Origin: Eledone cirrhosa | Lineage: Eukaryota | Direction of reading: 5' to 3' | Assembly (NCBI GenBank): GCA_964016885.1 | Contig: OZ024744.1 | Span: 1,674,001 to 1,738,000 of the forward strand | Length of the DNA: 64,000 bases | In this document: positions 25,230 through 37,359 of the stretch, in pieces | How the letters are laid out: each line of letters opens with the position of its first letter | Position numbering within the stretch: position 1 is the stretch's first letter | Notes under the pieces: generated by a model | Told to the model about the DNA's origin: nothing | Databases searched by the model: none | What the model saw: the letters and a program-made list of their open reading frames with translations, nothing else | Program-made: the position numbers and the translations under genes

Positions 25230-28200
25230 TCTTCACCAAGCTATCTTTCTCTACCTTGTCTTCCCTCAAAACGTCGTTCTTCACCAAGCTATCTTTCTCT
25301 ACCTTGTCTTCCCCCAAAACTTCGTTCTTCACCAAGCTATCTTTCTCTACCTCGTCTTCCCTCAAAACTTCGTTCTTCACCAAGCTATCTTTCTCTACCT
25401 TGTCTTCCCACAAAACGTCATTCTTCACCAAGCTATCTTTCTCTACCTCGTCTTCCCTCAAAACTTTGTTCTTCACCAAGCTATCTTTCTCTACCTCGTC
25501 TTCCCTCAAAACTTCGTTCTTCACCAAGCTATCTTTCTCTACCTTGTCTTCCCCTAAAACTTCGTTCTTCACCAAGCTATCTTTCTCTACCTTGTCTTCC
25601 CCCAAAACTTCGTTCTTCACCAAGCTATCTTTCTCTACCTTGTCTTCCCTCAAAACGTCGTTCTTCACCAAGCTATCTTTCTCTACCTTGTCTTCCCCCA
25701 AAACTTCGTTCTTCACCAAGCTATCTTTCTCTACCTTGTCTTCCCCCAAAACTTCGTTCTTCACCAAGCTATCTTTCTCTACCTCGTCTTCCCTCAAAAC
25801 TTCGTTCTTCACCAAGCTATCTTTCTCTACCTTGTCTTCCCCCAAAACTTCGTTCTTCACCAAGTCATCTTTCTCTACCTTGTCTTCCCACAAAACGTCA
25901 TTCTTCACCAAGCTATCTTTCTCTACCTTGTCTTCCCCCAAACTTCGTTCTTCACCAAGCTATCTTTCTCTACCTTGTCTTCCCCCAAAACTTCGTTCTT
26001 CACCAAGCTATCTTTCTCTACCTCGTCTTCCCTCAAAACTTTGTTCTTCACCAAGCTATCTTTCTCTACCTCGTCTTCCCTCAAAACTTCGTTCTTCACC
26101 AAGCTATCTTTCTCTACCTTGTCTTCCCCTAAAACTTCGTTCTTCACCAAGCTATCTTTCTCTACCTTGTCTTCCCCCAAAACTTCGTTCTTCACCAAGC
26201 TATCTTTCTCTACCTTGTCTTCCCCCAAAACTTCGTTCTTCACCAAGCTATCTTTCTCTACCTTGTCTTCCCTCAAAACGTCGTTCTTCACCAAGCTATC
26301 TTTCTCTACCTTGTCTTCCCCCAAAACTTCGTTCTTCACCAAGCTATCTTTCTCTACCTCGTCTTCCCTCAAAACTTCGTTCTTCACCAAGCTATCTTTC
26401 TCTACCTTGTCTTCCCACAAAACGTCATTCTTCACCAAGCTATCTTTCTCTAACTTGTCTTCCCTCAAAACGTCGTTCTTCACCAAGCTATCTTTCTCTA
26501 CCTTGTCTTCCCCCAAAACTTCGTTCTTCACCAAGCTATCTTTCTCTACCTTGTCTTCCCCCAAAACTTCGTTCTTCGCAAGCTATCTTTCTCTACCTTG
26601 TCTTCCCCCAAAACTTCGTTCTTCAGCAAGCTATCTTTCTCTACCTTGTCTTCCCACAAAACGTCGTTCTTCACCAAGCTATCTTTCTCTACCTTGTCTT
26701 CCCTCAAAACGTCGTTCTTCACCAAGCTATCTTTCTCTACCTTGTCTTCCCTCAAAACATCGTTCTTCACCAAGCTATCTTTCTCTACCTTGTCTTCTCC
26801 CAAAACTTCGTTATTCACCAAGCTATCTTTCTCTACCTTGTCTTCCCTCAAAACTTCGTTCTTCACCAAGCTATCTTTCTCTACCTTGTCTTCCCCCAAA
26901 ACTTCGTTCTTCACCAAGCTATCTTTCTCTACCTTGTCTTCCCCCAAAACTTCGTTCTTCACCAAGCTATCTTTCTCTAGCTTGTCTTCACACAAAACTT
27001 CGTTCTTCACCAAGCTATCTTTCTCTACCTTGTCTTCCCACAAAACGTCATTATTCACCAAGCTATCTTTCTCTACCTTGTCTTCCGTCGAAACTTCGTT
27101 CTTCACCAAGATATCTTTCTCTACCTTGTTTTCTCCCAAAACTTCGTTCTTCACCAAGCTATCTTTCTCTACCTTGTCTTCCCTCAGAACATCGTTCTTC
27201 ACCAAGCTATCTTTCTCTACCTTGTCTTCCCTCAAAACGTCGTTCTTCACCAAGCTATCTTTCTCTACCTTGTCTTCCCTCAAAACATCGTTCTTCACCA
27301 AGCTATCTTTCTCTACCTTGTCTTCTCCCAAAACTTCGTTATTCACCAAGCTATCTTTCTCTACCTTGTCTTCCCTCAAAACTTCGTTCTTCACCAAGCT
27401 ATCTTTCTCTACATTGTCTTCCCCCAAAACTTCGTTCTTCACCAAGCTATCTTTCTCTACCTTGTCTTCCCCCAAAACTTCGTTCTTCACCAAGCTATCT
27501 TTCTCTACCTTGTCTTCCCTCAAAACGTCGTTCTTCACCAAGCTATCTTTCTCTACCTTGTCTTCCCTCAAAACTTCGTTCTTCACCAAGCTATCTTTCT
27601 CTACCTTGTCTTCCCCTAAAACTTCGTTCTTCACCAAGTCATCTTTCTCTACCTTGTCTTCCCACAAAACGTCATTCTTCACCAAGCTATCTTTCTCTAC
27701 CTTGTCTTCCCCCAAACTTCGTTCTTCACCAAGCTATCTTTCTCTACCTTGTCTTCCCCCAAAACTTCGTTCTTCACCAAGCTATCTTTCTCTACCTCGT
27801 CTTCCCTCAAAACTTTGTTCTTCACCAAGCTATCTTTCTCTACCTCGTCTTCCCTCAAAACTTCGTTCTTCACCAAGCTATCTTTCTCTACCTTGTCTTC
27901 CCCTAAAACTTCGTTCTTCACCAAGCTATCTTTCTCTACCTTGTCTTCCCCCAAAACTTCGTTCTTCACCAAGCTATCTTTCTCTACCTTGTCTTCCCCC
28001 AAAACTTCGTTCTTCACCAAGCTATCTTTCTCTACCTTGTCTTCCCTCAAAACGTCGTTCTTCACCAAGCTATCTTTCTCTACCTTGTCTTCCCCCAAAA
28101 CTTCGTTCTTCACCAAGCTATCTTTCTCTACCTCGTCTTCCCTCAAAACTTCGTTCTTCACCAAGCTATCTTTCTCTACCTTGTCTTCCCACAAAACGTC

Positions 28201-31200
28201 ATTCTTCACCAAGCTATCTTTCTCTACCTCGTCTTCCCTCAAAACTTTGTTCTTCACCAAGCTATCTTTCTCTACCTCGTCTTCCCTCAAAACTTCGTTC
28301 TTCACCAAGCTATCTTTCTCTACCTTGTCTTCCCCTAAAACTTCGTTCTTCACCAAGCTATCTTTCTCTACCTTGTCTTCCCCCAAAACTTCGTTCTTCA
28401 CCAAGCTATCTTTCTCTACCTTGTCTTCCCTCAAAACGTCGTTCTTCACCAAGCTATCTTTCTCTACCTTGTCTTCCCCCAAAACTTCGTTCTTCACCAA
28501 GCTATCTTTCTCTACTTTGTCTTCCCCCAAAACTTCGTTCTTCACCAAGCTATCTTTCTCTACCTCGTCTTCCCTCAAAACTTCGTTCTTCACCAAGCTA
28601 TCTTTCTCTACCTTGTCTTCCCCCAAAACTTCGTTCTTCACCAAGTCATCTTTCTCTACCTTGTCTTCCCACAAAACGTCATTCTTCACCAAGCTATCTT
28701 TCTCTACCTTGTCTTCCCCCAAACTTCGTTCTTCACCAAGCTATCTTTCTCTACCTTGTCTTCCCCCAAAACTTCGTTCTTCACCAAGCTATCTTTCTCT
28801 ACCTCGTCTTCCCTCAAAACTTTGTTCTTCACCAAGCTATCTTTCTCTACCTCGTCTTCCCTCAAAACTTCGTTCTTCACCAAGCTATCTTTCTCTACCT
28901 TGTCTTCCCCTAAAACTTCGTTCTTCACCAAGCTATCTTTCTCTACCTTGTCTTCCCCCAAAACTTCGTTCTTCACCAAGCTATCTTTCTCTACCTTGTC
29001 TTCCCCCAAAACTTCGTTCTTCACCAAGCTATCTTTCTCTACCTTGTCTTCCCTCAAAACGTCGTTCTTCACCAAGCTATCTTTCTCTACCTTGTCTTCC
29101 CCCAAAACTTCGTTCTTCACCAAGCTATCTTTCTCTACCTCGTCTTCCCTCAAAACTTCGTTCTTCACCAAGCTATCTTTCTCTACCTTGTCTTCCCACA
29201 AAACGTCATTCTTCACCAAGCTATCTTTCTCTAACTTGTCTTCCCTCAAAACGTCGTTCTTCACCAAGCTATCTTTCTCTACCTTGTCTTCCCCCAAAAC
29301 TTCGTTCTTCACCAAGCTATCTTTCTCTACCTTGTCTTCTCCCAAAACTTCGTTATTCACCAAGCTATCTTTCTCTACCTTGTCTTCCCCCAAAACTTCG
29401 TTCTTCGCAAGCTATCTTTCTCTACCTTGTCTTCCCCCAAAACTTCGTTCTTCACCAAGCTATCTTTCTCTACCTTGTCTTCCCTCAAAACGTCGTTCTT
29501 CACCAAGCTATCTTTCTCTACCTTGTCTTCCGTCGAAACTTCGTTCTTCACCAAGATATCTTTCTCTACCTTGTTTTCTCCCAAAACTTCGTTCTTCACC
29601 AAGCTATCTTTCTCTACCTTGTCTTCCCTCAGAACATCGTTCTTCACCAAGCTATCTGTCTCTACCTTGTCTTCCCTCAAAACGTCGTTCTTCACCAAGC
29701 TATCTTTCTCTACCTTGTCTTCCCTCAAAACTTCGTTCTTCACCAAGCTATCTTTCTCTACCTTGTCTTCCCCCAAAACTTCGTTCTTCACCAAGCTATC
29801 TTTCTCTACCTTGTCTTCCCCCAAAACTTCGTTCTTCACCAAGCTATATTTCTCTACCTTGTCTTCGCCCAAAACTTCTTTCTTCACCAAGTCATCTTTC
29901 TCTACCTTGTCATCCCTCAAAACTTCGTTCTTCACCAATCTATCTTTCTCTGCCTTGTCTTCCCCCAAAACTTCGTTCTTCACCAAGCTATCTTTCTCTA
30001 CCTTGTCTTCCCACAAAACGTCATTCTTCACCAATCTATCTTTCTCTGCCTTGTCTTCCCCCAAAACTTCGTTCTTCACCAAGCTATCTTTCTCTACCTT
30101 GTCTTCCCTCAAAACATCGTTCTTCACCAAGCTATCTTTCTCTACCTTGTCTTCTCCCAAAACTTCGTTATTCACCAAGCTATCTTTCTCTACCTTGTCT
30201 TCCCTCAAAACTTCGTTCTTCACCAAGCTATCTTTCTCTACCTTGTCTTCCCCCAAAACTTCGTTCTTCACCAAGCTATCTTTCTCTACCTTGTCTTCCC
30301 CCAAAACTTCGTTCTTCACCAAGCTATCTTTCTCTAGCTTGTCTTCACACAAAACTTCGTTCTTCACCAAGCTATCTTTCTCTACCTTGTCTTCCCACAA
30401 AACGTCATTATTCACCAAGCTATCTTTCTCTACCTTGTCTTCCGTCGAAACTTCGTTCTTCACCAAGATATCTTTCTCTACCTTGTTTTCTCCCAAAGCT
30501 TCGTTCTTCACCAAGCTATCTTTCTCTACCTTGTCTTCCCTCAGAACATCGTTCTTCACCAAGCTATCTTTCTCTACCTTGTCTTCCCTCAAAACGTCGT
30601 TCTTCACCAAGCTATCTTTCTCTACCTTGTCTTCCCTCAAAACATCGTTCTTCACCAAGCTATCTTTCTCTACCTTGTCTTCTCCCAAAACTTCGTTATT
30701 CACCAAGCTATCTTTCTCTATCTTGTCTTCCCTCAAAACTTCGTTCTTCACCAAGCTATCTTTCTCTACCTTGTCTTCCCCCAAAACTTCGTTCTTCACC
30801 AAGCTATCTTTCTCTACCTTGTCTTCCCCCAAAACTTCGTTCTTCACCAAGCTATCTTTCTCTACCTTGTCTTCCCTCAAAACGTCGTTCTTCACCAAGC
30901 TATCTTTCTCTACCTCGTCTTCCCTCAAAACTTCGTTCTTCACCAAGCTATCTTTCTCTACCTTGTCTTCCCCTAAAACTTCGTTCTTCACCAAGTCATC
31001 TTTCTCTACCTTGTCTTCCCACAAAACGTCATTCTTCACCAAGCTATCTTTCTCTACCTTGTCTTCCCCCAAACTTCGTTCTTCACCAAGCTATCTTTCT
31101 CTACCTTGTCTTCCCCCAAAACTTCGTTCTTCACCAAGCTATCTTTCTCTACCTCGTCTCCCCTCAAAACTTTGTTCTTCACCAAGCTATCTTTCTCTAC

Positions 31201-32870
31201 CACGTCTTCCCTCAAAACTTCGTTCTTCACCAAGCTATCTTTCTCTACCTTGTCTTCCCCTAAAACTTCGTTCTTCACCAAGCTATCTTTCTCTACCTTG
31301 TCTTCCCCCAAAACTTCGTTCTTCACCAAGCTATCTTTCTCTACCTTGTCTTCCCCCAAAACTTCGTTCTTCACCAAGCTATCTTTCTCTACCTTGTCTT
31401 CCCTCAAAACGTCGTTCTTCACCAAGCTATCTTTCTCTACCTTGTCTTCCCCCAAAACTTCGTTCTTCACCAAGCTATCTTTCTCTACCTCGTCTTCCCT
31501 CAAAACTTCGTTCTTCACCAAGCTATCTTTCTCTACCTTGTCTTCCCACAAAACGTCATTCTTCACCAAGCTATCTTTCTCTACCTCGTCTTCCCTCAAA
31601 ACTTTGTTCTTCACCAAGCTATCTTTCTCTACCTCGTCTTCCCTCAAAACTTCGTTCTTCACCAAGCTATCTTTCTCTACCTTGTCTTCCCCTAAAACTT
31701 CGTTCTTCACCAAGCTATCTTTCTCTACCTTGTCTTCCCCCAAAACTTCGTTCTTCACCAAGCTATCTTTCTCTACCTTGTCTTCCCTCAAAACGTCGTT
31801 CTTCACCAAGCTATCTTTCTCTACCTTGTCTTCCCCCAAAACTTCGTTCTTCACCAAGCTATCTTTCTCTACCTTGTCTTCCCCCAAAACTTCGTTCTTC
31901 ACCAAGCTATCTTTCTCTACCTCGTCTTCCCTCAAAACTTCGTTCTTCACCAAGCTATCTTTCTCTACCTTGTCTTCCCCCAAAACTTCGTTCTTCACCA
32001 AGTCATCTTTCTCTACCTTGTCTTCCCACAAAACGTCATTCTTCACCAAGCTATCTTTCTCTACCTTGTCTTCCCCCAAACTTCGTTCTTCACCAAGCTA
32101 TCTTTCTCTACCTTGTCTTCCCCCAAAACTTCGTTCTTCACCAAGCTATCTTTCTCTACCTCGTCTTCCCTCAAAACTTTGTTCTTCACCAAGCTATCTT
32201 TCTCTACCTCGTCTTCCCTCAAAACTTCGTTCTTCACCAAGCTATCTTTCTCTACCTTGTCTTCCCCTAAAACTTCGTTCTTCACCAAGCTATCTTTCTC
32301 TACCTTGTCTTCCCCCAAAACTTCGTTCTTCACCAAGCTATCTTTCTCTACCTTGTCTTCCCCCAAAACTTCGTTCTTCACCAAGCTATCTTTCTCTACC
32401 TTGTCTTCCCTCAAAACGTCGTTCTTCACCAAGCTATCTTTCTCTACCTTGTCTTCCCCCAAAACTTCGTTCTTCACCAAGCTATCTTTCTCTACCTCGT
32501 CTTCCCTCAAAACTTCGTTCTTCACCAAGCTATCTTTCTCTACCTTGTCTTCCCACAAAACGTCATTCTTCACCAAGCTATCTTTCTCTAACTTGTCTTC
32601 CCTCAAAACGTCGTTCTTCACCAAGCTATCTTTCTCTACCTTGTCTTCCCCCAAAACTTCGTTCTTCACCAAGCTATCTTTCTCTACCTTGTCTTCCCCC
32701 AAAACTTCGTTCTTCGCAAGCTATCTTTCTCTACCTTGTCTTCCCCCAAAACTTCGTTCTTCAGCAAGCTATCTTTCTCTACCTTGTCTTCCCACAAAAC
32801 GTCGTTCTTCACCAAGCTATCTTTCTCTACCTTGTCTTCCCTCAAAACGTCGTTCTTCACCAAGCTATCT
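25230..32870. repeat. Further copies of the 58-mer HOR (2781-bp copy at 25923-28703; expanded 3357-bp copy at 28704-32060)
   Basis: Landmarks are 25923, 26546, 27697, 28704 (+2781), then 31054 and 32061 (+3357 = 70 x 48 - 3). The monomer-variant order matches 19546-22326. Confidence 0.88.
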
Positions 32871-32879
32871 TTCTCTACC

Positions 32880-35800
32880 TTGTCTTCCGTCGAAACTTCG
32901 TTCTTCACCAAGATATCTTTCTCTACCTTGTTTTCTCCCAAAACTTCGTTCTTCACCAAGCTATCTTTCTCTACCTTGTCTTCCCTCAGAACATCGTTCT
33001 TCACCAAGCTATCTGTCTCTACCTTGTCTTCCCTCAAAACGTCGTTCTTCACCAAGCTATCTTTCTCTACCTTGTCTTCCCTCAAAACTTCGTTCTTCAC
33101 CAAGCTATCTTTCTCTACCTTGTCTTCCCCCAAAACTTCGTTCTTCACCAAGCTATCTTTCTCTACCTTGTCTTCCCCCAAAACTTCGTTCTTCACCAAG
33201 CTATATTTCTCTACCTTGTCTTCGCCCAAAACTTCTTTCTTCACCAAGTCATCTTTCTCTACCTTGTCATCCCTCAAAACTTCGTTCTTCACCAATCTAT
33301 CTTTCTCTGCCTTGTCTTCCCCCAAAACTTCGTTCTTCACCAAGCTATCTTTCTCTACCTTGTCTTCACACAAAACTTCGTTCTTCACCAAGCTATCTTT
33401 CTCTACCTTGTCTTCCCACAAAACGTCATTCTTCACCAAGCTATCTTTCTCTACCTTGTCTTCCGTCAAAACTTCGTTCTTCACCAAGATATCTTTCTCT
33501 ACCTTGTCTTCTCCCAAAACTTCGTTCTTCACCAAGCTATCTTTCTCTACCTTGTCTTCCCTCAGAACTTCGTTCTTCACCAAGCTATCTTTCTCTACCT
33601 TGTCTTCCCCAAAAACTTCGTTCTTCACCAAGCTATCTTTCTCTACATTGTCTTCCCCAAAACATCGTTCTTCACCAAGCTATCTTTCTCTACCTTGTCT
33701 TTCATCAAAACGTCGTTCTTCACCAAGCTCTCTTTCTCTACCTTGTCTTCCCCCAAAACTTCGTTCTTCACCAAGCTATCTTTCTCTACCTCGTCTTCCA
33801 TCAAAACTTCGTTCTTCACCAAGCTATCTTTCTCTACCTTGTCTTCCCACAAAACGTCATTCTTCACCAAGCTATCTTTCTCTAACTTGTCTTCCCTCAA
33901 AACGTCGTTCTTCACCAAGCTATCTTTCTCTACCTTGTCTTCCCCCAAAACTTCGTTCTTCACCAAGCTATCTTTCTCTACCTTGTCTTCCCTCAAAACT
34001 TCGTTCTTCGCAAGCTATCTTTCTCTACCTTGTCTTCCCCCAAAACTTCGTTCTTCAGCAAGCTATCTTTCTCTACCTTGTCTTCCCACAAAACGTCGTT
34101 CTTCACCAAGCTATCTTTCTCTACCTTGTCTTCCCTCAAAACGTCGTTCTTCACCAAGCTATCTTTCTCTACCTTGTCTTCCCTCAAAACATCGTTCTTC
34201 ACCAAGCTATCTTTCTCTACCTTGTCTTCTCCCAAAACTTCGTTATTCACCAAGCTATCTTTCTCTACCTTGTCTTCCCTCAAAACTTCGTTCTTCACCA
34301 AGCTATCTTTCTCTACCTTGTCTTCCCCCAAAACTTCGTTCTTCACCAAGCTATCTTTCTCTACCTCGTCTTCCCTCAAAACTTTGTTCTTCACCAAGCT
34401 ATCTTTCTCTACCTTGTCTTCCCCCAAAACTTCGTTCTTCACCAAGCTATCTTTCTCTACCTCGTCTTCCCTCAAAACTTTGTTCTTCACCAAGCTATCT
34501 TTCTCTACCTCGTCTTCCCTCAAAACTTCGTTCTTCACCAAGCTATCTTTCTCTACCTTGTCTTCCCCTAAAACTTCGTTCTTCACCAAGCTATCTTTCT
34601 CTACCTTGTCTTCCCCCAAAACTTCGTTCTTCACCAAGCTATCTTTCTCTACCTTGTCTTCCCCCAAAACTTCGTTCTTCACCAAGCTATCTTTCTCTAC
34701 CTTGTCTTCCCTCAAAACGTCGTTCTTCACCAAGCTATCTTTCTCTACCTTGTCTTCCCCCAAAACTTCGTTCTTCACCAAGCTATCTTTCTCTACCTCG
34801 TCTTCCCTCAAAACTTCGTTCTTCACCAAGCTATCTTTCTCTACCTTGTCTTCCCACAAAACGTCATTCTTCACCAAGCTATCTTTCTCTAACTTGTCTC
34901 CCCTCAAAACGTCGTTCTTCACCAAGCTATCTTTCTCTACCTTGTCTTCCCCCAAAACTTCGTTCTTCACCAAGCTATCTTTCTCTACCTTGTCTTCCCC
35001 CAAAACTTCGTTCTTCGCAAGCTATCTTTCTCTACCTTGTCTTCCCCCAAAACTTCGTTCTTCACCAAGCTATCTTTCTCTACCTTGTCTTCCCACAAAA
35101 CGTCGTTCTTCACCAAGCTATCTTTCTCTACCTTGTCTTCCCTCAAAACGTCGTTCTTCACCAAGCTATCTTTCTCTACCTTGTCTTCCCTCAAAACATC
35201 GTTCTTCACCAAGCTATCTTTCTCTACCTTGTCTTCTCCCAAAACTTCGTTATTCACCAAGCTATCTTTCTCTACCTTGTCTTCCCTCAAAACTTCGTTC
35301 TTCACCAAGCTATCTTTCTCTACCTTGTCTTCCCCCAAAACTTCGTTCTTCACCAAGCTATCTTTCTCTACCTTGTCTTCCCCCAAAACTTCGTTCTTCA
35401 CCAAGCTATCTTTCTCTAGCTTGTCTTCACACAAAACTTCGTTCTTCACCAAGCTATCTTTCTCTACCTTGTCTTCCCACAAAACGTCATTATTCACCAA
35501 GCTATCTTTCTCTACCTTGTCTTCCGTCGAAACTTCGTTCTTCACCAAGATATCTTTCTCTACCTTGTTTTCTCCCAAAACTTCGTTCTTCACCAAGCTA
35601 TCTTTCTCTACCTTGTCTTCCCTCAGAACATCGTTCTTCACCAAGCTATCTGTCTCTACCTTGTCTTCCCTCAAAACGTCGTTCTTCACCAAGCTATCTT
35701 TCTCTACCTTGTCTTCCCTCAAAACTTCGTTCTTCACCAAGCTATCTTTCTCTACCTTGTCTTCCCCCAAAACTTCGTTCTTCACCAAGCTATCTTTCTC

Positions 35801-37030
35801 TACCTTGTCTTCCCCCAAAACTTCGTTCTTCACCAAGCTATATTTCTCTACCTTGTCTTCGCCCAAAACTTCTTTCTTCACCAAGTCATCTTTCTCTACC
35901 TTGTCATCCCTCAAAACTTCGTTCTTCACCAATCTATCTTTCTCTGCCTTGTCTTCCCCCAAAACTTCGTTCTTCACCAAGCTATCTTTCTCTACCTTGT
36001 CTTCACACAAAACTTCGTTCTTCACCAAGCTATCTTTCTCTACCTTGTCTTCCCACAAAACGTCATTCTTCACCAAGCTATCTTTCTCTACCTTGTCTTC
36101 CGTCAAAACTTCGTTCTTCACCAAGATATCTTTCTCTACCTTGTCTTCTCCCAAAACTTCGTTCTTCACCAAGCTATCTTTCTTTACCTTGTCTTCCCTC
36201 AGAACTTCGTTCTTCACCAAGCTATCTTTCTCTACCTTGTCTTCCCCAAAAACTTCGTTCTTCACCAAGCTATCTTTCTCTACATTGTCTTCCCCAAAAC
36301 ATCGTTCTTCACCAAGCTATCTTTCTCTACCTTGTCTTTCATCAAAACGTCGTTCTTCACCAAGCTCTCTTTCTCTACCTTGTCTTCCCCCAAAACTTCG
36401 TTCTTCACCAAGCTATCTTTCTCTACCTCGTCTTCCATCAAAACTTCGTTCTTCACCAAGCTATCTTTCTCTACCTTGTCTTCCCACAAAACGTCATTCT
36501 TCACCAAGCTATCTTTCTCTAACTTGTCTTCCCTCAAAACGTCGTTCTTCACCAAGCTATCTTTCTCTACCTTGTCTTCCCCCAAAACTTCGTTCTTCAC
36601 CAAGCTATCTTTCTCTACCTTGTCTTCCCCCAAAACTTCGTTCTTCGCAAGCTATCTTTCTCTACCTTGTCTTCCCCCAAAACTTCGTTCTTCAGCAAGC
36701 TATCTTTCTCTACCTTGTCTTCCCACAAAACGTCGTTCTTCACCAAGCTATCTTTCTCTACCTTGTCTTCCCTCAAAACGTCGTTCTTCACCAAGCTATC
36801 TTTCTCTACCTTGTCTTCCCTCAAAACATCGTTCTTCACCAAGCTATCTTTCTCTACCTTGTCTTCTCCCAAAACTTCGTTATTCACCAAGCTATCTTTC
36901 TCTACCTTGTCTTCCCTCAAAACTTCGTTCTTCACCAAGCTATCTTTCTCTACCTTGTCTTCCCCCAAAACTTCGTTCTTCACCAAGCTATCTTTCTCTA
37001 CCTCGTCTTCCCTCAAAACTTTGTTCTTCA
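32880..37030. repeat. Repeated ~1.5-kb block at 2637-bp offset (55 x 48 - 3), also present at ~23480-24990 and partly at ~29530-29990
   Basis: Markers are atctgtct (~23613, 29655, 33012, 35649), gctatattt..ttcgccc..ttctttc (~23805, 29845, 33203, 35840) and tttcatc..gctctct (~24301, 33700, 36337). Near-identical 117-aa ORFs lie at 24245/33643/36280. Confidence 0.85.
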
Positions 37031-37359
37031 CCAAGCTATCTTTCTCTACCTTGTCTTCCCCCAAAACTTCGTTCTTCACCAAGCTATCTTTCTCTACCTT
37101 GTCTTCCCCCAAAACTTCGTTCTTCACCAAGCTATCTTTCTCTACCTTGTCTTCCCTTAAAACGTCGTTCTTCACCAAGCTATCTTTCTCTACCTTGTCT
37201 TCCCCCAAAACTTCGTTCTTCACCAAGCTATCTTTCTCTGCCTTGTCTTCCCCCAAAACTTCGTTCTTCACCAAGCTATCTTTCTCTACGTCGTCTTCCC
37301 TCAAAACTTCGTTCCTCACCAAGCTATCTTTCTCTACCTTGTCTTCCCCCAAAACTTCG

